In this document: piece after piece, positions 51,743 through 64,000 of the stretch
Layout of the letters: every line of letters starts with the position of its first letter
Position numbering within the stretch: the first letter of the stretch is position 1
DNA from: Octopus vulgaris
Taxonomy: Eukaryota
Assembly (NCBI GenBank): GCA_951406725.2
Contig: OX597820.1
Coordinates: 122,388,001 to 122,452,000 of the forward strand
Length of the DNA stretch: 64,000 nucleotides
Direction of reading: 5' to 3'
Made by a program: the position numbers and the translations under genes
Notes under the pieces: generated by a model
What the model was told of the DNA's origin: nothing
The model's database searches: none
Seen by the model: only the letters and a program-made list of their open reading frames with translations

Positions 51743-54039
51743 ACAAAACCTTTAGAAACTAGAAACTGTTGAACAAGTAATACTTTTACCAGAACTGGAA
51801 TGCTTATGAAGCACAATCACACAGTATCTTTGTATATCATCATCGTCTCATCGTCCTCATAATTTAATGTCCATTGTCCATGCTAGTGGCATGTGTTGAC
51901 TGGATCGACAGGATCTGCTGAGCCAGAGGACTGCACTGAATTTCAGTGTTTGCTTTTTTATTGGTTTCTATAGCTGGATGCTCTTCCTATCACCAACCAT
52001 TACACAGAGTGTATTGGGTGCTTTTTATGTGGCACCAGCACTAGCAGAGTAACTTGCAAGATAGGACCCACAGCTGTGGAGGTGCAGTGTTGAGGGAGGT
52101 GTTTTAATGCTAGGTGAGGAGAGGTTAGAGTATGGCAGAGCATCAGAAGCATGTGTTGCTGTAGAGTAGATACATGGCTACCCCAGTTAAAAAAGAGAAA
52201 TGTGGCAAAAATGTGACAGGAGGATGAATAGAAGAGAATTAGTTTAAAGGAGAGGACAGGGTGAGTGGGTAGGTAGGTAAGTAAATTTGCAAGGATGCAA
52301 AAGGAGTCTAACAGGTGGATGGAGATAGGGGTGAATGTAATCAATGGGAATCTGGGTGGAGGTGTGGTCAGTTGTGGGGGAGGTGAAAGCGGTAGGAGTG
52401 GGTCAAGGAGATAATGAATAGCAGCACAGAGGATGTGAAATGTTTGGGGATGAGGTGCAAAAGAGATGCAAGGTGCCAAACGAGGTCAAAGGTTCACAGG
52501 AATGAAAATACTGGGGGTTGAATCGAGGTAGCAGGTGAGAGGTGCTTTTGGCAAAATATGCAGAAGAAATGGAAAGGTAAACAGGGTGTTCAGAGGGGAA
52601 TAAGGGGGTAAGGAATGATAGTGAGAATGCAAGAGACAAAGGAAATAGTTCCAGGGAGAGTGAGAGGTACGTTTGTCTTAGGAGCTGAATGAACAGTGCC
52701 AATGATGGACACAGGGTGTAGGGAAGATGAAGAGGTGTTAAAAAAGGGATACAACAGGAAGAGACTGGATCCAGAGGTAATGACATAAACACATATTTGC
52801 TGTGATAGAGAAGGTAGTGGTGAGGGTATTCGGTTCACAATCGTAAGGGTTTCACTCCCAGCAGGGCCTTGCATAATTGAACAAGACGGTTTATTTCCCA
52901 TTGCTCTTGTCCCCACCTCAGATGGCAAAAATTAGTTGTACATGCATTTTAAAGGGCCACTTATTGTGTTATGATGAATCAAGGTATCATGAATTCAAGG
53001 AATTCAAGATTGTAGAGTGCTCAGCCACATGCCCATTAATTTCATGAGCAGACAGTTCTGTTGATTGAATCAACAGGCTGCCCCATCCCCATAGCTGATG
53101 CGGGGTACCGGTTTTGCTGTGATGCAGGAGTCTTCTTCAGCACAGCATGTTGCCAATCAACTTAGTCCTTTCTCATCTCCTCTGTATTCCACTACAACTA
53201 CAGATCATTTTTCACTACTTTGTCCTGCATTTTCATTGGTCTTTCTCTTCTACACATTCCATCCTCTTTGAGAGGTCAGCACTTTTTAGGGAGCTGTCAG
53301 CATCCCTCCACATCATAAGACCAAACCAGCACAGTCATCTTTCTTGCACACTGCATCTAATTCTTCTTATGTATGTCTGTGTGTGTGTACACAAGCACAT
53401 ACATCTAATGTATAGGTATATATAAATATATATATATATATACACACATACATATACACATTTATATATGTATAATATATAGGTAGATAGGTACACACAT
53501 ATATACACACATATACATTTTTCATTTAGAAAATTAACTGACCATACCATATTCCTCCCTCCAGTTGTTGAGAGTTTATGTGCCTATATAGCTAAGTGCC
53601 TTACATGTGCAAAAGCAACGGTCACTCTTAGACAGCCATAATAAGCCACCATATAAATGTACATAAATATAAATATATAGAAATGTATACATATATACAC
53701 ACACACATTGATCAAGGGGAAAGATATAATCATGGTAATCATTTCCTCAGCGTATTATGCCGGATCCTAAGCTAGCACAGTCTTCCAATAATCAAAGGGA
53801 GGTTAGTGAAACTCCGACTAATTAGAAAGGGGAGCACTTTGAAACTCCCACTAAAGCCGCAGTAGGCATAATATACACTCTGCAGAGTGTATATAAAAAT
53901 AAAAATAAAAGTAATTGAAGCAAGGAAAGAGTAAATCTAACTGAGGCTTTGTTCAGTTGCAGGAACCAACATAACCGGGATTTTGCTGCTTCTTTCCTTA
54001 CTTTCATTACTATAATGTCATCTCTGGCTGCTGTCCATC

Positions 54040-54660
54040 AGGCATCAGCTTTGGCTGTTCTTGTCCAGTATTTATCTCTAGTAGGCTTACATCGGGGCCT
54101 CAAGGTCAGTTCTTGACCTGCAGCTGCAATAGCATCTGCTGCAGGGGGAGCTACTTGATGCAACAGAGAAGTGATGCCTCTCATGGGCTCTTTCATATTC
54201 TCTCTGTTGTTTCTCTTCAATGGCTGGAATTGTGTTCTTCAGTGATTGGAACTTTCCTCTCTGGAGTCTGGTGGGATGCCGGAGTTCTTCAAATGTCTTT
54301 TCAGCACATCCCTGTATCACAATATCTGGCCATGTTGGCTCCACCTACCCTGATGCACTTCAGCATAGCAAACTGCCTTTAGGAGTCAGCCACTCTCCAT
54401 CCTGCAAACATGCCCTGCCCAGCGGAGTTGCAATGAGGTAATGAGGGCATCCACACTAACTGCACTAGTGCACTGCAGGACCTCTATTTCGGGAATGCAA
54501 TCCTGCCATTTGATATGCAAGATGAAATGCAGATGATGAAGTTGGACCCTCAGGAGAGGGCCAAGTATTCTATGGCATAGAGGAGACACCCATACACACA
54601 TATAGAATTTTGGTGATGCTAGAGCTACAGGGGCTAACATTTTCAGTGGGACTGGCCACT
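54040..54660 (-). mobile_element. Decayed RTE-type LINE 3' fragment
   Basis: ILHIKWQDCIPEIEVL...QLRWAGHVCRME motif. Confidence 0.75.
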
Positions 54661-55029
54661 CTGGGCAATATGACTGGGAACAACCTTCTTAACTGCACAA
54701 CACCACACACACTCATACACACACACACACAACCTACATATAGATGTAGCTGTGAAAACAGAAAATTCAATAGAACACTCTTACAGATGGAAAGTACCAA
54801 GTTGTCCACTTTTTTCCCCATCTCTTGGTGTACCTTACCCAATTTGCTGTCTTTACAGCTATTCTCTTGCACTCAACATTTCCTTCATCTCTAAAAACAC
54901 CTACTGACTTGATACTTCCATGTTTGTTTATAAAAAGTGGTCTCATACATACATACATACATACATATATATATATACATGCATACATACATACATACAT
55001 ACATATACATATATATATATATATATATA

Positions 55030-55245
55030 TAAAGTTAATCCAAACAAGAAAACACAAAAAAAAACAAAAACACAACAACGCGAGGACGTGGAACAAATAA
55101 AGTATTATTGGATGCTCAGGAAAGAAGGGAAGAAGGAGGTTTAACGTTTTGAGCGGAGCTCTTCGTCGGAAACATAGGAGAAGGAAAGATCCCGAGAAGG
55201 GAAGACAGAGGAAAAAAATCGCCAGTGGTACTCACGAGGTCACAT
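55030..55245 (-). mobile_element. Penelope-like terminal fragment with degenerate hammerhead ribozyme
   Basis: Minus strand GTTT-CCGACGA-AGAGC-TCC-GCTC-AAAAC-GTT-AAAC at about 55139-55173, inside (TA)n. Confidence 0.65.
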
Positions 55246-55399
55246 ATATACACATATATATATACACACACACACATATATATATATACACACACACACA
55301 CATATACATACACATGTATATATATATTATATTTATATTCCTATTTGTGCTATTGTTGCTGCTAATTTATTGACTTTGGTTTTATTCTTTTATTTTCAG

Positions 55400-56474
55400 G
55401 TGAGCCTTCGTTGGCCAACTGCTTTGGCCATTGACCCTCTGGATGATACGCTTCACATACTCGACAACAAGGTGGTGCTGAAATTCACCTTGGACAAGAA
55501 GCTCATTGTTGTTGCTGGTCGACAAGCGCACTGTCCATTAAAACAGACAAGCTTCTTACCAACCGGCATCCTCTCTGATGACGAGCAGGCCTCAAGTATC
55601 GCCAACCATGTTAGTTTATCTTCTCCTGAAAGTATGACATTCAGTCCTCACGGAGACTTGTATATTGTAGAGAGTGACAGTCACCAAATCAACCGAGTGA
55701 GGGTTGTTACGACTGATGGAAGAATTCATCATTTTGCTGGAGCAAAATCGAAATGTGACTGTGAAAAACCGAACTGTAAATGCTATGATTCCAAAGAAAC
55801 CCTGGCAGCTCAAGCGTTGCTATACACACCCACATCAATAACAGTTACACCCGATGGCGTGATGCATATAGCTGACATGGGAAATTTGCGCTTGTATTCT
55901 ATTGTTTCTGAACTTCCTCAACCTAACTTGCTCAATCAATATGAAGTGATGTCTCCTGAAACTCAAGAATTGTATATATTTAACAAGAACGGTCAGCACC
56001 AGTATTCAATAAACATAATGACCAATCTATTCATGTACAACTACACATACAGTGTCAATTCCTTCTATGGGAAACTGGTAGAAGTGTCTGATGCAGCTGG
56101 CAACCGCATCCAAATTAAACGCAGCTTTGACTTGCAAGCACAGTTCATTTTGGCACCAGATGGTTCAAAATGCAAGATCAACACAGACAACATTTACCTG
56201 CTGCACCGTTTTATTGCACCTGACAACAAATCATCCACATTCAAATATCTCCCAAGCTCAGGACTGCTGGTTTCCAAGCACATGTCCAATGGGAAAACCT
56301 ACTTTTATGAGTACGACATGATGGGACGACTCCTGAAGGGGAGCCAGCCAACTGGAGAGATTACTTCATTGGAGACAGATGTGAACACAACAGGTTCCAT
56401 TGTGCATGTAACTACTGATAGCAGTGATGCAGTCGCGTTGGCTACCTATGGACGTGTGCAGTCTGTTTTGCATG
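55400..56474 (+). CDS. TENM: Teneurin large internal exon: end of NHL propeller and start of YD-repeat shell
   Basis: ttcag acceptor. VSLRWPTALAIDPLDD...SKCDC...HIADMGNLR...ELYIFNKNGQH...FYEYDMMGRL...PTGEIT. The 3' boundary is inferred at CATG|gcaagt (GC donor), after which the sequence becomes intron-like. Confidence 0.92.
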
Positions 56475-58129
56475 GCAAGTTGGCAGCTTTTTTTACGTTT
56501 CTCTGCCCCACTTTCAAATTTTCCATTACCTCCCCATCAAATCCTGTAGGCAATCCCAACCGTTTGTCTTTACAATCTACCCAAAAGCCTAATATGCGAT
56601 TCCTTTTTTTAAATAGTACTCGAATTTGTATGCTATTTTTCTACTACAAGTATTTAACTGCTTCCCAAAGAATTTCTTTTATACATTTTACAAATCAATA
56701 ACAAAGTCTTTCTCCTTTCTTATGTTTTCGAGGTATTCAGCTGTTCTGCAACTCCAACATGTTTTTACTGAGATGAGTTTTACAGGAGACGAATCAACAT
56801 CAGATGTAAATCACAAACCAAAGCACAGTCAATATTGCAACATAAACAAACACAGCCATTAGTCATATGTCTATCAACGGCACAAACATGCATACACACA
56901 AGCATACATGCTCACATATTATGCACAGCCTATACACCATATTTGCTGGCATATAATGCACACATTTTAAACTAATTAATGTATCAAAAATTTACCCTGC
57001 ATCTAATGGGAGACTAAATGTCAAAGGCTAGAGAGTTGGATAAGCATAAGTGCAACTGATAATGAAATCTTGGAAACAAGTCAGAATATCAGAGTTTGGT
57101 ATCAGAAACTTAGGACAAATTGTTTACAGTATGTCAGCAGTAAAGTGGAGTTAATTATCTAAATGAAAATTGTTCTAGAAAGATGAAAGGAATATTAAAT
57201 TTGCATTTGCTAAACAGTTATTTGCCACAAGTGGATGACAACAAAAACATAGCAGTGGTGTACCATTCTGGTAGCCAGTTGCTGCTACAGCCAAAACTAA
57301 AAGTTTTACATCCTGTATGGAAATTGTTTTGACAATAATGTAAACAATTATACAGTTGGAATATAGTTCTCATTTAACATACTTTATTCATGGCTTCATA
57401 CTTTATTCCAGTCTAGTGTCAGAGCATTGGATTTATATGCGCAGAATCACATATTTTCCTCTACAAAACCATGTTAAAATATCTTTCAGTAGGTCTATAA
57501 TGAAACATACTAAATTTGTTTTTTCCACAAAATATACTTGTAAAATAGTGGTGTGTCTGATGCAAGGGGATCTCTTATATGCTGGCAAATATGGTAATAC
57601 TTATAGGTATGTGTAGATGCATATAGTTATATACATGTTCATAGATATGTATACAACACGTGTATATGTATGTGTGTACACACACACACACATAATGTAT
57701 ATCTGCCCACACACTTGCATATATATATAACATTATATGTACGTATGCTATATGCATATATATATATTACATTCACATGTATGTATGTATGTATATACAT
57801 ATATATATATATATACATACATACATATATATATATATACACATGTACCCATACACATATGAATGCACACACACTTACATTCAAATAAGTATGATAAGTA
57901 ATAGGATTTATCTGCCTGGAACTCTTGGTTAATTCCTTCCCTACATTTGGGAAGGATAATCATTCCTGAAATACTATAAAAACATTCTATTATCAAGAAA
58001 ATGTTATACAATATCTTTTCTTTGTGATTTCATTTATTGACATCACCTTAGGTATTTTGCATAAATTGTCACCTGCTTTGCTCAGAAGCTTCTTAAATAT
58101 TTATATAATTTATACATGTAATTTGATAA

Positions 58130-58133
58130 GACA

Positions 58134-58164
<31 letters not shown>

Positions 58165-58236
58165 GTGTATATGCATATATATATATGCGTATATATATAT
58201 ATATATATGCATATATATATATATATATATATATGC

Positions 58237-58270
<34 letters not shown>

Positions 58271-58442
58271 GATATATATATGCTTGTATATATATATATA
58301 TGTATATATATATGATATATATATGCTTGTATATATATAATATATATATATATATATGTTTATATATATTTGTATATATATTTACGTTTATGTATATATA
58401 TATATATATGTTTATATATATATTTGTATATATATTTACGTT

Positions 58443-58484
<42 letters not shown>

Positions 58485-58511
58485 TATATATATATTTGTA
58501 TATATATTTAC

Positions 58512-58545
<34 letters not shown>

Positions 58546-58720
58546 GTTATATATATATATATATATTTATGTTTATGTATATATATATATATATATATAT
58601 ATGTTTATATATATATGTATATATATTTATGTTTATGTATATATATATGATATATATATATATTTATATTCATATATATATATGTTTATATATATTATAT
58701 ATTTTTATATGCATAATATA
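58130..58720. repeat. Compound (TA)n microsatellite with TTTACGTTTATG sub-units
   Basis: Directly visible. Confidence 0.95.
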
Positions 58721-60579
58721 TGTTCCCATATTTGTGTTTTCATTGATATTATAGACAAAGGCATGGGTGTGGTGACTGTGTTGTGGAGAAGTTTGCTTCC
58801 CAACCATGTTGTCTTGGTTTCAGTCCTGCCATGAGCTATTTGGGGCAAGTGTCTTCTACTACATCCTCAGGGAAGCCAAAGTCATGTGACAAGATTTTGC
58901 TGATGGTTGTGTGTGTGTGTGTGTGTGTGTGTGCATGTGTACCTGCGCATACCTTTGTTTTGACACCTCATAATGGTTGTAAATGATGGTGACCTTCATA
59001 CAGGGGATGTTGTTGGTTTCCACTCTTCCATGAAGATCATGTCTTGTGATGGGGAAACATGTCCTTGCATGGGAACAGGCAAGGGTTGGCAACAGAAAGA
59101 ACGTCATGCCATAGAAAATCTACCTCAGTGAATTCCATTCAACTGACGTAAGTATAGGAAACGGGTGTTAAGTCAATGATGATCAACGACACACACACAC
59201 ACTCACACATGCACACATGTATATATATTTGTATATATGTTTGTGTAAGTGTATGTGTAATGTTCAAAAGGTCCTGGTGGGCAGTTTAGATGTACAGAAA
59301 AATGTGGATGTGATAAGTCCTTTCAGGGCCAAATTTAGCAATCACAATCTGTCCTTTAATATTCAAGAGTGACACAATGTCACAGCCATGGCTTGGAATA
59401 TGTGGACATTGAAGGAAAATGGCATGGATTACATCAAGTGAAGAATCCTGGAGAAGTGCAAGCCTTATTTTAGGAGTCACAGCATGTACAGGTTATGCCC
59501 AGACAAGAAAAAATTTTGCCGAAAAATTTCCCCACATAGACATTTACCTCAGCTGCAAAAGCAAAATTTAGTTTTCTCTCTCTCACACGCACACGTGTGT
59601 GTATAACATATACTTCTATTTGTGATATTGATATATATAATGTATAATGCATATATATATATGTGTGTGTGTGTGTGTGCATATGTATACATATATACAC
59701 ATACACACGCATACATATACGTATCATCAACATGTAATGTCCGTTTTCCATGCAGGCATGGGTTGGACAGCTCAGCAGGAACTTGCAAGGTCAGGCACCG
59801 CACCAGGTTCCATGGTCTGTTTTGGCCTGTTTTCCACAGCTAGATGCCCTTCCTAACAACAACCACTATGCACAATGTACTGGGTGCTTTTTACGTGTCA
59901 CCAGTACCCATACCAATGACTTTTATGTAGCACCTTGGTCTTAGGATTTGAATTTCATTGTGGTGGACAAGTCTTCTTAAGTATAACAATGCACCACATA
60001 TCCCAGTCCTTTGTCATCTCCTTTGTAATGCTCGACGTTTTCAGATCAGCCTTCAGAACTTCATCATATGTCCTCCTGGGTCACTCTCTTCCACAACTCC
60101 CTCCACTTAAAGTTATCACCCTGGAAACTCCTATATGCTGGTAATTTCGCTCTCCGTAGCTGATTTCCTAGGGGAATTAGAAAGGAAATTCCATACAAGG
60201 AGACTAAACCTAGACTTGAGAGCTCATTTTTGACAATGACTGAGATTTTAGCTAGTAGGAGAGAAGGTAGGACCTTAGTATCTTCAGCTAAACAATCTTG
60301 CTTGATCTGCAGTAAAGGAATTGGTAGGAACATCATACACTATACCCAGTATGCAAGAGGGGCAGTAAAGTTACAGGCAGACTTTTAGAGAAAGAAAACT
60401 TCATTTGTAATATATGCACAGGGCCATCACCATCATCATCGTCACTTAACGTCTGCTTTCCATGCTGGCATGGGTTGGACGGTTTGACTGAGGACTGGTG
60501 AGCCAGAAGGCTGCACCAGGCTCCAATCTGATCTGGCAAAGTTTCTACAGCTGGATGTCCTTCCTAATGCCAACCAACT

Positions 60580-61620
60580 GTAGAAACTGCCAGTATGTAC
60601 TAAAAACAGACTCTTTTGTTTGTCCAGATGGCTTATTTAAAGTAGTTGAAAAACTTACCTTACTGACTCACTTAACAGAGGAGGTGGTTGCAGTGAAAGT
60701 GTGGCAGCCAGGACAAGAACAGGTTTGAAAAAATTAAGGGGCTTCAGCTGTTGTTTCATGCAAGAAAGGTATTTTCTCTCAGAGTGAAGGACAAATTGCA
60801 TGATGCATGTATTAGAACTGCACAACTGCATGGTAGTGAAACATGGGCTTTGAATGCATAGGATACCAGAAGACTAGAGAGAAATGAAGTGAGCAAGCTC
60901 AATTGTATATGCTATTTAAGTGTGCATGAAGGACATCATTCTGAGAGAAAAAGTGGGCCTAAGAGGGCTGAAATATAGTGTTCAAGGAAAAACGACTAGT
61001 ATAGACATGATGCATAGGAATGATAATAGCTGTATAAAAAAAGGGGCTAGTAGGATGCCAAGAGCACCATCCGAGCGTGACCTAGTAAGGTGCCAAGAGC
61101 ACCATCTGAGTGTGATTGTTGCCAGAGCAGCCAACTGGCTTCTGTACCCGTGGCACGTAAAAGGGCACCATTCAAGCGTGATTGTTACCAACGTCGCTTC
61201 ACTGGCACGTGTAAAAAGATTCGAGCGAGGTCATTGCCAGTACCGCCTGACTGACCCCTGTGACGGTGGCGCGTAAAAAGCACCCACTACACTCTCGGAG
61301 TGGTTGGTGTTAGGAAGGGCATCCAGCTGTCGAAACTCTGCCAGATCAAGATTGGAGTCTGGTGCAGCCATCTGGTTTGCCAGCCCTCATTCAAATCGTC
61401 CAACCCATGCTAGCATGGAAAGCGGACGTTAAACGATGATGATGATGATGATGATCACTAAATGTACATGGAGCTTGCAAAAGAGGGAAACCAGAAAGAC
61501 TTGGAATGGAGAGGTGAATGCTAATCTCAAGACCTAGAACCTCATGGAGGACATGACAAGGGGATGGGATAACTAACAATATGCAGTTCTGGAGAAAACC
61601 TGCCAAACTTGGTGCAAATG
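60580..61620 (+). mobile_element. Decayed RTE LINE with a younger same-family 3'-end insertion (about 61025-61455)
   Basis: Remnant SLRVKDKLHDAC...LHGSETW. The inserted unit ends AAGCGGACGTTAAAC(GAT)n. Confidence 0.7.
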
Positions 61621-62194
61621 AGTTATGGAAGCATTGTGTATGTGTGTGCATGCGTGCACAACTGGGCCCTTTGATCAGTTTCCTCTCCAAGACCATCCTT
61701 CATCTCTAAGTGCAGATTTTCCTTGATACCCCTAGGTTTCTCACTACCCAGAATTATTTGATGTTTTAATGTCCAGTTTTCCCTGCTCACATGGGTTGGG
61801 GGGACTTTTGCCAAGGCAGATTTTCTACGTCTAGATGACCTTCCTGCCATCAGTTCTCTTTCTGTTTTTAAATAAGTTAAATTCTGTGACATGTTGCAGA
61901 AGATAGGAAATGACCAACACCATTCGTATGACAGGGACACTCTTTTACAACGATCACATGATGTCAAGACAATGAAACAGTAACACCTACACATGCACAC
62001 ACACACTCATTGATATCACTTTCAGTTTCCACTGACAAGATCCAATCACAAAGTTTTTGTTAGTAGAAGACACTTGTATTCCAAGGTGCCACACAGTAGG
62101 ACTGAACCTAGAACCATGTGATTGGGAGGCAAGGTTCTTACCCACACAGCCATACACATATATAAATTCCTCTGTGTGTGTGAGTGTATGTCTG

Positions 62195-62225
<31 letters not shown>

Positions 62226-62279
62226 ACTCACACATTTCTGTGTGAAAATATATTTGTGTGTATTGTATACACACACATA

Positions 62280-63460
62280 CAGGGATTAAACAAAGTAATG
62301 GAAACACTTTGTTAAGAGCAAGTTATATCACTCAATACAGAGTTAGTCAACATCAGTTACCGCTTTGATCCATTGACAAATTGACTTGTACTAATTCTGG
62401 ACGGTCATTGGGAGAATTTTCAGCCACTCTTTAAGCAGAGCCTGCTTCAAACTCTTTCAGTATCGATGGCAGATGAAGCATCCTCCTTGCTTTCCGCTCC
62501 AAAAAGTCCCATAAATGTTTGATTATATTTAGATTCAGTGATTGTTGGGGAGTCAATCCAAGTGAAAACTTTCTTTCTTTTGTATTCTTCATCCCAATGT
62601 GAATTGGTTCATTTATTGTCTTGGAAGATTGTGTTACCAACAGGGAATGATCTTTGTACCATAGGATGAACAGGATCAACCAAAATACTCAAATAATTCT
62701 TGGAATTGGCTCTGCCATGTAAAACAGCTAAAGGGCTGAGAGAATTCCATGATATGCATGTCCCTCACAGCAGAGCCATCTCCATGCTTCATGGTAGGGA
62801 CCAAACAGTCAAGGCTGAAGATTTCTTTGTCTCCAGTCATAAACTTGTCTCAAAGTGAAGCAAAATGGTGAATGATGATTTTGCAAAGACAACATTGTTA
62901 CATTGTGCCATTAACCACTTCTGATAGTCTTGATGCCATATTTTTCTGCTCATCCATGTTGATAGGTAGAAGAGAGGGTTAGCAATCACTGTCACCAATT
63001 TTGCTGCTGTGGTGCTGAGACACAATATCTTTCACTCTTCTGTTGTTCCTCTTCTCTTTGAGCTTCAACTTTTATCCATAAATGTGCTAACCAAAGTTGC
63101 TTTTACCGTGGTTTGGAAATGCTAAGATGAGTTTTAAGTGTACCCCTCTAAATATCAAACTATTCAGCGGCGGCAGTTTTTGTGACTGAATCTCCAACCA
63201 TCATTGTTCCAGCCATCCATGCTCCAACAATTTGTTCTCTTTGAAAATATGATAAGGTCACACTTCTTAACTTAGTTAATTATTAATATCTGAAGAAAAA
63301 AACGAAATGAAGAATAGAGCTTATGTCTTGAAGTACATGGCACATGAAGCATGTGAATGCATAGATACGAACTGGAACGGCTCTGGCTTTGTCATACTGC
63401 CAATAGAAAGAAAAATAGTTAAGTAAAAATAGGTGTTTCCATTATTTTGACTAACCCCTG
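62280..63460 (-). mobile_element. Decayed Tc1-family DNA transposon with TIRs
   Basis: TA|CAGGGATTAAACAAAGTAATGGAAACAC ... GTGTTTCCATTATTTTGACTAACCCCTG|TA. Minus-strand remnants QIVGAWMAG, LVPTMKHGDGS and QSLNLNIIKHLWDFLERK (degenerate SPDLNPIE motif). Confidence 0.88.
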
Positions 63461-64000
63461 TAATTGTTACATAGATATGTGTGTCTGTGCATGTGAGACA
63501 TAGGTAGGCAGACAGAAAGGCAGGCAGAATGCGAAAGAGAGAGAAAGAGAAAATCAGTATACGAGTTTTGTTTTTTATCAATTATCCTCCACAGCATTTG
63601 AGACATTGCAGTACTTCAGAGTATTTTTTAAGTGCCACTTGTAGAGAAGCAGAAGGGTGTGGGTGATTGCAGCTTGTCTTGCTCATAATTAGAAGAAGTG
63701 TAGGTATGTGAGAGGGTTTCTCTATGGGCTTGTCTCTAAGTGTGCAAAAGAAATAAACTAACAACACAGTAACTAAATGCCTACTGAATGGAAGATTTGT
63801 TAGCATTGACGATAGGAAATAATTATATTTTAACTGGATTTTTTTTTTTCACCTCATGGGAATTAAGAAAGATGACTCACAGTTAAGAAGTGAGCATTGA
63901 TAGGAGCTATGGTGGGAAATGAAATAGTAAGTTGTGTGTGTGAGTGACACAGAGACAGACGGGGAGAGAGAGAGAGAGAGAGAGAGACTGGGACACAGAG

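Noticed and set aside
52000-52930. Pro/Leu/Ser-rich minus-strand ORFs (also 44293-44688 and 46256-46507)
   Set aside because: They arise from purine-rich low-complexity tracts next to decayed retroelements. No domain or splice support.
55400-56474. YD/RHS repeats suggesting a bacterial toxin gene or contamination
   Set aside because: YD repeats are a normal part of teneurins, and the exon splices in phase with eukaryotic EGF and NHL exons.
56475-56701. C-terminal 75 codons of the 443-aa ORF
   Set aside because: Low-complexity, T-rich and without YD-repeat character; read-through into the intron.
56700-64000. Next teneurin exon
   Set aside because: No ORF with YD-shell similarity was seen; it probably lies beyond the window.

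Overview
Eukaryotic, AT-rich and microsatellite-dense genomic DNA. The repeat landscape suggests a coleoid cephalopod, probably Octopus (inference). The window lies inside one large + strand teneurin (Ten-m/Odz/TENM) gene. Twelve internal coding exons (8615-56474) splice with consistent phases into about 3.28 kb (about 1094 codons). They encode EGF repeats 4-8, the Cys-rich region, the TTR/Ig-like and FN-plug domains, the NHL beta-propeller and the start of the YD-repeat shell. Both gene ends lie outside the window. The introns hold tRNA-derived SINEs, decayed RTE LINEs (one BovB-like), nested piggyBac-type MITEs, a Helitron-type element, a decayed Tc1 transposon and simple or minisatellite repeats. 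The most unusual signal is a dispersed set of near-perfect fold-back hairpins and degenerate minimal hammerhead-ribozyme cores, Penelope-like and mostly beside (TA)n tracts, several within 100-250 nt of teneurin exons. Also notable: a probable GC-AG intron, introns at the positions of the vertebrate teneurin splice sites A and B, and loss of a conserved CxxC in the first NHL repeat. Nearly all other listed ORFs are repeat artefacts.
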